Below are positions 55,051 through 64,000 of a DNA stretch of 64,000 bases, piece by piece; positions within the stretch are counted from its first letter, which is position 1, and each line of letters begins with the position of its first letter. The notes under the pieces are model-generated. The model was not told where the DNA came from and did not search any database. It saw only the letters and a list, made by a program, of their open reading frames with translations. The stretch spans positions 128,001 through 192,000 of the forward strand of contig CAWIAD010000001.1 in assembly GCA_963833985.1 (NCBI GenBank), written 5' to 3'. Made by a program: the position numbers and the translations under genes. Origin of the DNA: an uncultured Planctomycetaceae bacterium (GTDB taxonomy: Bacteria > Planctomycetota > Planctomycetia > Isosphaerales > Isosphaeraceae).

Positions 55051-56607
55051 TTGATGTGTAAAACCTGCTTGTCCAGGGTCGCCCTCATGGCCGGGATGGC
55101 CCTGTCTGTGGTCTGCGTGCCAGTGCTGGCCGATGAGCTGCGGGGCACCGTGAAATCGATCGACGCCGGGAACGGGCAAATGGTGGTTCATGACGAACAG
55201 GCCCAGCGTGAAGTGGTCGTGAGCGTGAACCAGTTCACCACGCTGAAGGCCGACGATCCGAGCCTGAAGTCGTTCAGGGACCTGAAGCCCGGCGCTCACG
55301 TCGCGATCCTGGATACGGTGACGGCCTCGAAGGTCACTGTTCAGGATAGCCGTCTCAAGCCCACGGACAACGGGGAGAGCCGGTCGATCCTCGCCGAGTT
55401 CTGGCACAACTTCCGGCACAACCTGTTCAAGCCCCTCTTGCTGTTCTTCTACCTGGGCTTCCTGGTGCCGATTCTGAAGGTGCATTTCGAGTTCCCGTAC
55501 GTGATGTACCAGGCACTCACCATCTATCTGCTGATCGCCATCGGCTGGCATGGAGGTGAGGAGCTGGCCCACCTGGAGGCCGGCAACATCCGCTCGATCG
55601 TCGGCTTCATGTTCGTCGGCTTCTGCACCAACATGGTCATCGGCGTGCTCGCGTACACCATCCTGAGGGCGACGACCCGGATGCGGCGGATCGATCAGGC
55701 CACCGTCGCAGGCTACTACGGATCGGATTCCGCGGGCACGTTCGTGACGGCTCTTGGCGTGCTGACGACGGCGCACGTTCGCTATGGCGCGTACATGCCC
55801 GTCATGCTGGCGGTCATGGAGATTCCCGGCTGCCTGGTGGCGCTCTTCCTGGTGGCCCGGCTTCGCAACAAGGGCATGGACTCGCTGGGCAACATGGCCG
55901 ACGAGCCGGGCTACGACCCGGTGGCGGCCCGACCGGCGATGCAGGCAGGGCAGGCGGGCCACCACGCCGAGACCAAGCAGGAGATCGCGGTGGAGTCCGA
56001 GCTGGAGATGGCGCTCGAGAAGATGGAACATCCGGACTTCGACGGAAATGGTGACGGCCGGCCGAAGCGCCCCATGCTGAGCGGCAAACTCCTGCACGAG
56101 GTGTTCCTGAACACCGGGCTCTACCTGCTCTTCGGCGGCATCATCATCGGACTGATCAGCGGCTTGCAGGGGCAGGAAGTGACCCGTGCGGACGATAGCT
56201 TCTTCGTGACGCTGTTCCAGGGGGTGCTCTGCCTGTTCCTGCTCGAGATGGGGATGACCGCTTCCCGCAAGCTCAAGGACCTCAGCGCCGCGGGCTGGAA
56301 ATTCGTCGTCTTCGGTCTGTTGGCGCCGAACCTCTTCGCGACACTGGGTATCCTCGTGGCGCACACCTATTCGTGGCTCACGGCCTCTCCATTCGAGCTC
56401 GGCACCTACGTGCTCTTCTCGGTTCTCTGCGCGGCTGCATCCTACATCGCGGTGCCAGCGGTGCAACGGCTGGCCATCCCGGAGGCAAGCCCGACGCTGC
56501 CCCTGGCGGCATCTCTGGGGTTGACCTTCTCCTACAACGTGACCATCGGTATCCCCGTCTACATGGAGATCGCCAGGGCGGTGATGCGGAATTTTCCGGT
56601 CGCCTGA
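55051..56607 (+). CDS. sbtA: SbtA (DUF897) Na+/bicarbonate transporter with exported N-terminal domain
   Basis: KPLLLFFYLG; IYLLIAIGWHGG; AGYYGSDSAGTF; VMEIP; LFLLEMG; ASYIAVPA; SLGLTFSYNVTIGIP. Confidence 0.92.
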   Translation: MMCKTCLSRVALMAGMALSVVCVPVLADELRGTVKSIDAGNGQMVVHDEQAQREVVVSVNQFTTLKADDPSLKSFRDLKPGAHVAILDTVTASKVTVQDSRLKPTDNGESRSILAEFWHNFRHNLFKPLLLFFYLGFLVPILKVHFEFPYVMYQALTIYLLIAIGWHGGEELAHLEAGNIRSIVGFMFVGFCTNMVIGVLAYTILRATTRMRRIDQATVAGYYGSDSAGTFVTALGVLTTAHVRYGAYMPVMLAVMEIPGCLVALFLVARLRNKGMDSLGNMADEPGYDPVAARPAMQAGQAGHHAETKQEIAVESELEMALEKMEHPDFDGNGDGRPKRPMLSGKLLHEVFLNTGLYLLFGGIIIGLISGLQGQEVTRADDSFFVTLFQGVLCLFLLEMGMTASRKLKDLSAAGWKFVVFGLLAPNLFATLGILVAHTYSWLTASPFELGTYVLFSVLCAAASYIAVPAVQRLAIPEASPTLPLAASLGLTFSYNVTIGIPVYMEIARAVMRNFPVA

Positions 56608-56698
56608 GACGAATCTCCCCCCATGGGCCGTCTTTCCCGGCGAGGCAGTTCATCGTGGTTGAAAACTGGCTTGAGCAGCGCAGCCGTATTGCGGATAC

Positions 56699-57682
56699 TT
56701 GAGCCCCATGAACGCAATCGCCCCTCCGCTGGCTCATTCCATCCTCGAGGTCATCGGCCGCACGCCCCTTGTGGAGCTTTCGCGCAGTGTGGCCGTGCGC
56801 GGGCTCTCCGGCCGGTTGCTGGCGAAGCTGGAATTCTTCAGCCCCGGCGGCAGCAAGAAGGACCGCATCGCGCTGGAGATCCTGCGCGAGGCCCGCGAGT
56901 CGGGCGCGTTGCAGCCCGGTCAGACCGTCGTCGAGCTGACCAGCGGCAACACCGGAACCGGCCTGGCCATCGTCTGCCGGGCCATGGGCCATCCGTTCGT
57001 GGCCCTCATCTCGCGCGGTAACTCGATCGAGCGGGTGCGGCAGATGGAGGCGTTTGGAGCCGAAGTCATCGTCGTCGACCAGGCCGAGGGCGCCGTGGAC
57101 GGACAGGTCTCGGGCGAGGACCTGGCGCTCGTCGAGCACCGCGCCGCGGAGATCGTCTCCAGCCGGGGCGCCTTCCGGGTGGACCAGTTTCGCCGCCAGG
57201 CCAACATCACGGCCCACGAGCGGCACACCGGACCGGAGCTCTGGGCCCAGGCCGAGGGTCAGGTCGACGTCTACGTGGACATGGTGGGGACCTCGGGCTC
57301 TTTCACCGGTGTGGCCCGGGCCCTGCGCCGGTTCAATCCCTCCATCCGCACCTATGCCGTGGAACCGGCAGGCGCGGCGGTGCTGGCCGGCCGCAGCGTG
57401 AGCGACCCCCGCCACCGCATCCAGGGGGCCGGCTATGCGCGTGCCGACCTCGAACTCTTCGACGGCAGCCTGGCCACGGGCTTCGTGAGCGTGACCGATG
57501 AGCAGGCCATCGCCGCGGCGCGCCACCTGGCGGCCGAGGAGGGGATCTTCGCCGGGTTCTCCACCGGGGCCCATCTGGCCGCGGCGTGGAAGCTGCTTGC
57601 CGAATGTGAGGCCGGTGCCACCATCGCGTTTCTTGCCTGCGACAGCGGGCTGAAGTATCTGAGCACGGATCTTTTCGTCTGA
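56699..57682 (+). CDS. PLP-dependent cysteine synthase family protein
   Basis: IGRTPLV; AKLEFFSPGGSKKDR; TSGNTG; GTSG; IQG; DSGLKYLS. Confidence 0.9.
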   Translation: MSPMNAIAPPLAHSILEVIGRTPLVELSRSVAVRGLSGRLLAKLEFFSPGGSKKDRIALEILREARESGALQPGQTVVELTSGNTGTGLAIVCRAMGHPFVALISRGNSIERVRQMEAFGAEVIVVDQAEGAVDGQVSGEDLALVEHRAAEIVSSRGAFRVDQFRRQANITAHERHTGPELWAQAEGQVDVYVDMVGTSGSFTGVARALRRFNPSIRTYAVEPAGAAVLAGRSVSDPRHRIQGAGYARADLELFDGSLATGFVSVTDEQAIAAARHLAAEEGIFAGFSTGAHLAAAWKLLAECEAGATIAFLACDSGLKYLSTDLFV

Positions 57683-57799
57683 TCGCAGCCCCCCCTTCAG
57701 ACGGGAAGGCTGGCGCCGCGGCAACGCGGCCGCCGGTGAACGAAACGGAGGTCGTCTCCGTGCCATTTCCCGATCGCTCGCCAGCGGGAGCCCCTTGCC

Positions 57800-58222
<423 letters not shown>

Positions 58223-58472
58223 GAGCAACAAGCGGGTGCCACATTTCGGGCCAGACCTGCTTGGTTTCGGAAGCAACCGGACCTCAGCCGGGCCGGGCGA
58301 CTTTTGTCGAGTTTGCGCGCTTGAGCACGCGTCTCTGCGTTGATTCTGGTACAGCCAGCGAGCACGCGAGGACCCAGGCACCGACGGACCGCGGCGCGCC
58401 GCGTTGTGCCGGGCCGATTCTCGGCTGCTCCTGGCAACCGATCACCGCACCATGAGCCCTGGAGACCTTGAG

Positions 58473-59282
58473 ATGAAACTTTGGAGTAGAGCGCTGTCGG
58501 ATCTGCTCGCCAGCCACCGCGGCTTGCGGTCTCCCGAGCCTCGGGGCCCCCGGCGCATCGGCCTGCTGTGCGACGCGCTCGAGGATCGCGTGACGCCATC
58601 GCACCTCGGTGCCCTGCACGAGCTGGCGGCCGCAGTGCAGGTCCACCGCCAGCCCGAGTCGCCGGGCATCGGGGCTGCCGGCCGAGCAACGGTCTCGGTG
58701 CGCACCATCATTGGCTCAGCCAATGTGCCTCGCGGCGTGCTCGGGCACACGACTGCTCCGGTCAGCACCTCCGGATTATATGGTCACGGCCGGACGGCGC
58801 AGAACCCGGCGCTTCAGTCGGCCCTGCAAACTCTCCGAAGCGACGTCCAGAAGATCGAGCTGGCCTCGGGCACGACGGTCGGAGAGCTGACCACGCTCCG
58901 CGCGGCCATGCAGACGCTGGCCGGCGACGGACTGTCGCCCACGAGCTACTCGGCGCTTCAGTCCTTTGAAAACAGCCTGGTAACGATCAACGCCAGTGCA
59001 CCGGGCTCACTCACCGGAAACCTGACCCTGCTTCAGCAGTTCCAGGCGCTTTACACCAGCTCGCCGACGACGCAAGAGACCACGGACCTTTCCTCAGCTT
59101 ACAACGCCCTTGCGGCCGCGGTCACCTCGGCCGGCGTCACGTCCGCGGACATCGAGACCATCAACGCGGATTGGTCGGCCGTGCTCGCTGCCTCCAGCAG
59201 TACCAGCACCGCAAGCTATCCTTACTTCGCGCTGGTGACCGGTCAGGGCGCCGGCGTCTGCATCAGCACCGTGAGCCTCTGA
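58473..59282 (+). CDS. Planctomycete exported Ser/Thr/Ala-rich helical protein with LEDR motif
   Basis: LCDALEDRVTPS motif; helical low-complexity body. Confidence 0.75.
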   Translation: MKLWSRALSDLLASHRGLRSPEPRGPRRIGLLCDALEDRVTPSHLGALHELAAAVQVHRQPESPGIGAAGRATVSVRTIIGSANVPRGVLGHTTAPVSTSGLYGHGRTAQNPALQSALQTLRSDVQKIELASGTTVGELTTLRAAMQTLAGDGLSPTSYSALQSFENSLVTINASAPGSLTGNLTLLQQFQALYTSSPTTQETTDLSSAYNALAAAVTSAGVTSADIETINADWSAVLAASSSTSTASYPYFALVTGQGAGVCISTVSL

Positions 59283-59481
59283 TCTCTCGATCACGGACGA
59301 TTCCTGCTCTCTGCCGCACCTCTGCCGCACCTCTGCCGCCTCCCTGCCGAAAACGCACCCTTCCCGCTCGACTCTGTAGAAACCAGAGTGGATCTCCGGT
59401 ATGGTACCTGGACTCCTCTCCTCGGTCGCTTTCCGGAACGCGTTCAACATCATCGAACTTCAACCCCGGGGCACCTGTACC

Positions 59482-60796
59482 ATGTCGCGCGCTCGACGGC
59501 CGTCCGGTCATGTCTCCACTGAACCCATCGAAACACTCGAGGGGAGGCTGCTTCTGAGTACGCTCCCTTCCCATTCATCGCCAAGGTTGCACGCGCCGAC
59601 GCTCGTGGCCGCCAGGGCCGAGGGCGTGCCGCATCGAACCGCGGCCCCCATGAACCTGAACCCCGCGCTCGTTGCCCAGCCTTTGCTCATCCGCCGTGTG
59701 CTGGCCCAGCCACAGAGCGGGCACCGGGCCGTGTCTCCGCTGGCGGCCAGCGCGCCACTCACTCCCGCGGAGATCCGCAACATCTACTCGTTCAACCAGA
59801 TCAGCAACCTGGGCCAGGGCCAGACGATCGCCGTGGTGGAGGCGTTCGATGACCCCAACATTTTCAGTGACGTGAATACGTTCGATCAGAAATACGCGCC
59901 GACGCTGAGCGGGGGCGCCTCGTACTACAGCCTGTACGGCGACAGCAGCACCTGGTTGACGAAGATGTATCCCTCCGGAACGCAACCGACCGGCAACAAG
60001 AACTGGGGCCTGGAGATGTCTCTCGATGTCGAATGGATGCACGCGATCGCGCCCGAGCGCACATCCTGCTGATCGAGGCCAAATCCGCGAGCAACGCGAA
60101 CCTCTTCGCGGCGGACAAGTACGCGGCCAGCCAGGGAGCCACGGTCATCTCCAATAGCTGGGGGCTCAAGGAGATCTCCACCGAGACCACGTACGACAGC
60201 GACCTCAGCACCCCCGGAGTGACTTATGTTTTCGCCGCGGGAGACAGCGGCAACCAGCTCTACGCCTCCACATCACCCCATGTGCTCTCCGTCGGCGGGA
60301 CGAAGGTGGCGTTTGACAGCAATTACAACTGGACCGGCGAGGCCGGCTGGCCGCTGGGCGGAGGGGGTACGAGTCTTTACGAGGCAAAGCCGGCTTTTCA
60401 GTCCGGCCTGCCGTACACGACCAGAGCCACTCCGGACGTCTCCTACAACGCGGCGCTCTTCCCCGGAGTCTCCATCTACGACTCGTACAAGACGGTCTCC
60501 CCCTGGCAGGCGGTCGGCGGCACCAGTGAGGCGCTCCGCAGTGGTCCGCGCTGCTGGCCCTGGCCAACCAGGGGCGCATCGCTGCTCACAAGTCGGTGCT
60601 CGACGGCACGACCCAGACGCTCCCCGCCATCTACGCCATGACCACCGGCACCGATGGCACGGAGCAGCTTTACGACGTGACGACGGGCAAGAACAAGGAA
60701 GGCTACGCCGGGCCTGGATACGACCTGGTCACCGGCATGGGAACTCCGCGGCGCAGCGACCTGGTGTACCAGGCGCTCGTCAATTACGGGTCCTAG
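59482..60796 (+). CDS. S53 (sedolisin-like) peptidase with LEGRLLLS motif; two frameshifts (~60055, ~60530)
   Basis: GQGQTIAVV; EMSLDVEW; AAGDSG; PDVS; VGGTS; GYDLVTGMGTP. Confidence 0.85.
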
Positions 60797-60835
60797 CCTT
60801 GGCCTTAACCGGCTCCGACCCCGCGACGCGGTCGA

Positions 60836-61399
60836 TCACGGCAGTAGATCCGCAACAGCGATCCGGCCGACTTCCCGCCCGTCGATCACGACCGGGACAT
60901 CGTCCCCAGGGCGATAGTCCAGCCTCGATCGATAGGCGCCGGCTGGATCGGGATCGGTGTAAACCTCGAGCTGCCGCCTGGGGAAGTTGACGATCCAGTA
61001 TGCAGGGATTCCGCCAGGCCCGTAAACGCGAGCTAGTCTACGGTCCTCGGCGGCCGTGGTGCGTGTGACCTCCACGACCAGCGCGACGTCAGCGGCCCCG
61101 GGGTGGCGACTGGTGTAATCGTCGATCGACCCCCGAACGACGGAAACATCGGGCTCCGGCTCGCTGCGCCGGTTGGGGATACGCACAGGGTCTTCCTTTC
61201 GCGCATGCCAGCCGGGAGGTAGCACTCGCTCGACTGCTCGTAAGGTGCGCTGCACGGTGACACAGAGCACCGGTTCTTTCCTGTCCTTCTCCACGATGCG
61301 GCCTTCGATCAGCTCGAAGCGGTTGGTTTCGGGAAGTATCCCGTTCTCCACCATCACCTCGTACTGATCGACGGCGAGTCGTTTCGTGGTCGTGCTCAT
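60836..61399 (-). CDS. Uma2 family PD-(D/E)xK endonuclease
   Basis: ELIEGRIV; PEPDVSVV; ALVVEV; GIPAYWIVN. Confidence 0.9.
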   Translation of the reverse strand: MSTTTKRLAVDQYEVMVENGILPETNRFELIEGRIVEKDRKEPVLCVTVQRTLRAVERVLPPGWHARKEDPVRIPNRRSEPEPDVSVVRGSIDDYTSRHPGAADVALVVEVTRTTAAEDRRLARVYGPGGIPAYWIVNFPRRQLEVYTDPDPAGAYRSRLDYRPGDDVPVVIDGREVGRIAVADLLP

Positions 61400-61608
61400 G
61401 GCGTGCGCTCCGGAGGCTGCTCGAACCCTGCGTGCTGCGCGTGACTCGACAAGGCCCGGTCGATGAGCGCGGCGAGTGTGACTCGCTCAAAGCTGGCGAA
61501 CCGTCCCAGCCAGTCCGCGTATTCCCGCCGCATCTTCAACGCCCTGGTTGTCATCTCATCCGGGCTTGGCTTGTGAGCTGCTTTCTTGGCCTTCGTCGCG
61601 CCGCCCAT
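61396..61608 (-). CDS. Small ribbon-helix-helix-like protein coupled to Uma2
   Basis: TRALKMRREYADWLGRFASFERVTLAALIDRAL; ATGA overlap. Confidence 0.6.
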   Translation of the reverse strand: MGGATKAKKAAHKPSPDEMTTRALKMRREYADWLGRFASFERVTLAALIDRALSSHAQHAGFEQPPERTP

Positions 61609-61680
61609 AGGTTCACTCTCCGCTCCCACCCGATGCCAGCCTGGTATCACCCCGCGGCCGCCTGTATGCCTGCTGGTATC

Positions 61681-61785
61681 CTAAATAGAAGCTTGGAAAC
61701 GGGAAAGTGTGGCCCAGCCGCCCTCGGCTGGGAACGACAGCCGAGGGCGGCTGTCCCACTTTCCAGGTGGTGTGAGCCTATTTAG
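61681..61785. repeat. REP-doublet/MITE-like element, family A, copy 2
   Basis: CTAAATAG...CTATTTAG perfect ends; inner IR GTGGCCCAGCCGCCCTCGGCTG / CAGCCGAGGGCGGCTGTCCCAC. Confidence 0.85.
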
Positions 61786-61832
61786 ACACCACAGGCACAA
61801 AACGCAACCCATGGTAAAATCATGTTAATATC

Positions 61833-62106
61833 TAGTGTGTACCGAGTTTATACTTTACTCGTCGGTCGAACGGTTCGACCGGACGCCGCCGGGTGTATCC
61901 GACCCGGCCGAAGGGTGCCACTATTTGAGACGAGGGTCGTGGAGAAATCGGGAGGAGTTCATCGCCCCTATTGCCACCTCGTGGCCGGAGTGCAACAAGC
62001 GCTACTCCCATCCTGTCGAATGGACGTCGACGAATCAAAAGATGCGCCGATGGTTCGCTGAACATGCTTGATGAATTTCGGGCATTACCTATGGCCGGAG
62101 ACACTC
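61833..62106 (+). mobile_element. IS630-family remnant (transposase C-terminus plus probable ends)
   Basis: YLRRGSWRNREEFIAPIATSWPECNKRYSHPVEWT resembles the IS630 C-terminus; TAGTGT... left and ...GACACTC right end-like motifs. Confidence 0.6.
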
Positions 62107-63082
62107 GCCTCGCCGAGCAAGTGTCTGGCGAAGAAGGCGACGAGGTCGCCGCGCATGGCGTCCTCGGCGCGCTCCTGGCCGCGATAATCATTGTTATGGC
62201 GGAGGATGCACTCCACGCCCAGAGGATCAAGACGGGCCTTCAGTGCGGCACCAAACCGGGGGTGGTGAATGCCCTCACCGGCCCTGGCGGACGCCGGCAG
62301 CGGAGCGTTTGGCTCCGAGTAAAAGAGGATCACCGGGGGATCGTCTGAGGACACGTGGTTCAGGGGCGAAGCGTCCTCGTAGAGCCGGTGCACGCGCGGG
62401 CTGGCGGCGTCGGCCTCCGAGGTGACGCCGAACAGTGACCGCAGGGCGATGTGCTCGTGCGCCCGGCCGCCGACCAGTTGCTCGATGAACCTCGGGTCGT
62501 ACGATGTTTGCGCCCGACCGTTCCCATGCAGGACAGCCGTGACGATTGGCGGAGGATTGGATCGGCATTGCCGGGGTCCGCCAGATCGTCATGGAACCCG
62601 ACCCAGAGGGCGATCCCGGCACCGGCTGAGTTGCCGCATGCGGCGATCCGCCTGGGATCGATGCCCAGTTCCCTCGCATGAAGCCGCAGGTACTGGATCG
62701 CCCGGGCACCGTCGAGCATCGGCGCCGGGAATGGCGACCTGGTGGAAAGCCGGTAGTTGGCCGAGGCCACGGAAATGCCCTGGGCCAGGCACCGCTCCAC
62801 GAGCCAGGCGGGGACTGAGCCCTTATCGCCGCCGACGAATCCACCGCCGTGGAAGAAGAGGACCAGGGGAGCATCCGACCCTGGGCCGACCGGCTCGCGG
62901 GTTTGCCACAAATCGATCGTGTTCCGTTCAAACGGTCCATACCGGAGATCTGCCCTGGTTGGCCTCGGCTTCCGGAAGTCGATGTGCTTCCACACCTGGG
63001 CCCCTCCCTGGACCGATGCCAGGACCACAGCCGCAAATGCCATCAGCGTGAACAATTGACGCGAGCGCGGACGCCAGATCAT
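62085..63082 (-). CDS. Exported alpha/beta hydrolase (HGGG-type esterase); frameshift at ~62510
   Basis: FFHGGGF; NYRL; GNSAGA; ASPLNHVSSDDPP; IHHPRFG. Confidence 0.85.
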
Positions 63083-63346
63083 CAGAGCTCCTCAGCGGGT
63101 CCTCAATTCCTTTCACGATACGGAACTGATATCCCAAAGTTTGCGCACGCCGCCCTGAACGTCAACACCCGATCACCGTTCCAGTGCCGTCCACGTCCTT
63201 GCCTCCATGAGAACCCGCAAACTTCTCCGGGTCCCTTTCCTTTATCTTCTTGACTTGTCCGGAAGCCGTGGTTACCTGTATAGCCGTTCAATATGCGAGC
63301 CATGAGATCGCCTGATTGACGCGGGCGGGCGGACAGGAGCGTGGCC

Positions 63347-64000
63347 ATGGGTAGGGATGTCGACACTGCCGGCGAACTGCTGCTCGGCTTGCTGGCGTTC
63401 CGCCGGAGTCTCGCGGACGGATCTCAGCTCATCGCCGCGATCGACGAGTGGCTTGCAAGCGGCACGCGGAACCTGGGCGATATCCTGATGGAGCAGGGAG
63501 TGCTGGATTCCGCCGAGCGCTCACTGCTGGAGGGCCAGGCACAGGCGCTCGTGGCGGCGAGAGCCGCTCGCGGCGATGAGTCGCTCACGGTGGCTTATCA
63601 GCCGCGCGGCTCCGCGGGACATCGGCCGGCAGAGGCCGGAGATCCCGGATCCTCCGGGGGCGCGGTGGCCGGAGCCGTCCCGCCCTTCCGGATCCTCCGG
63701 CCGCATGCGCGGGGCGGGCTGGGCGAGGTCTTCCTGGCCGAAGATCCGCAATTGAAGCGACTGGTGGCGCTCAAGACGCTTCCATCGGATCATGCGCCTG
63801 ATCCGGTCAGCCAGGCTCGCCTGGTCCTCGAGGCGGAGACGACCGGGCAGCTCGAGCATCCCGGCATTGTTCCCGTCCACGCCCTGGGGCGTGACGAGCG
63901 CGGTCAACCTTATTACGTGATGCGGTTCATCCAGGGAGAGACGCTCAAGGCGGCGGTCGCGCGGTTTCACGGTCCCGAGGGGAAGCGGCTGGCCCCGCGA
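63347..64000 (+). CDS. Ser/Thr protein kinase, truncated by the window end
   Basis: Open frame from ATG 63347: ELLLGLLA...FRILRPHARGGLGEVFLA...VALK...LEHPGIVPV...PYYVMRFI. Confidence 0.9.
   Translation, partial: MGRDVDTAGELLLGLLAFRRSLADGSQLIAAIDEWLASGTRNLGDILMEQGVLDSAERSLLEGQAQALVAARAARGDESLTVAYQPRGSAGHRPAEAGDPGSSGGAVAGAVPPFRILRPHARGGLGEVFLAEDPQLKRLVALKTLPSDHAPDPVSQARLVLEAETTGQLEHPGIVPVHALGRDERGQPYYVMRFIQGETLKAAVARFHGPEGKRLAPR

Noticed and set aside
59308..59349. CTCTGCCGCAC microrepeat
   Set aside because: Three to four degenerate copies in an intergenic gap; likely slippage with no evident function.

Overview
GC-rich bacterial chromosome segment. It is almost certainly planctomycete (Isosphaeraceae-like), judged from DUF1501, an ECF sigma factor with a TIGR03067 extension, a free TIGR03067 protein, LE(G/D)R-xxx-S motif proteins, Uma2, a CRTAC1-like protein and zf-HC2/FGE Ser/Thr kinases. 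At least nine otherwise intact-looking genes carry small frameshifts, most likely long-read indel errors. Main content: a TPR protein; a tadE-tadE-tadG(VWA)-ABC operon followed by an SdpA/SdpB(HTTM)-like pair; a GH116/sulfatase/oxidoreductase block; malic enzyme; a kinase-FGE gene bracketed by inverted repeats; a Mo-enzyme + bicupin oxalate decarboxylase pair; and a tRNA-Gln site with a duplicated, nested toxin-antitoxin cassette and a tRNA minihelix. The best candidate for an under-described system is an inorganic-carbon uptake locus: DabA + DabB + an extra coupled NuoM-like subunit with altered channel residues, then an SbtA fused to an exported N-terminal domain and lacking an adjacent SbtB. 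Several REP/MITE-like repeat families and an IS630 remnant are also present. All calls are by eye from motifs; no database searches were run.
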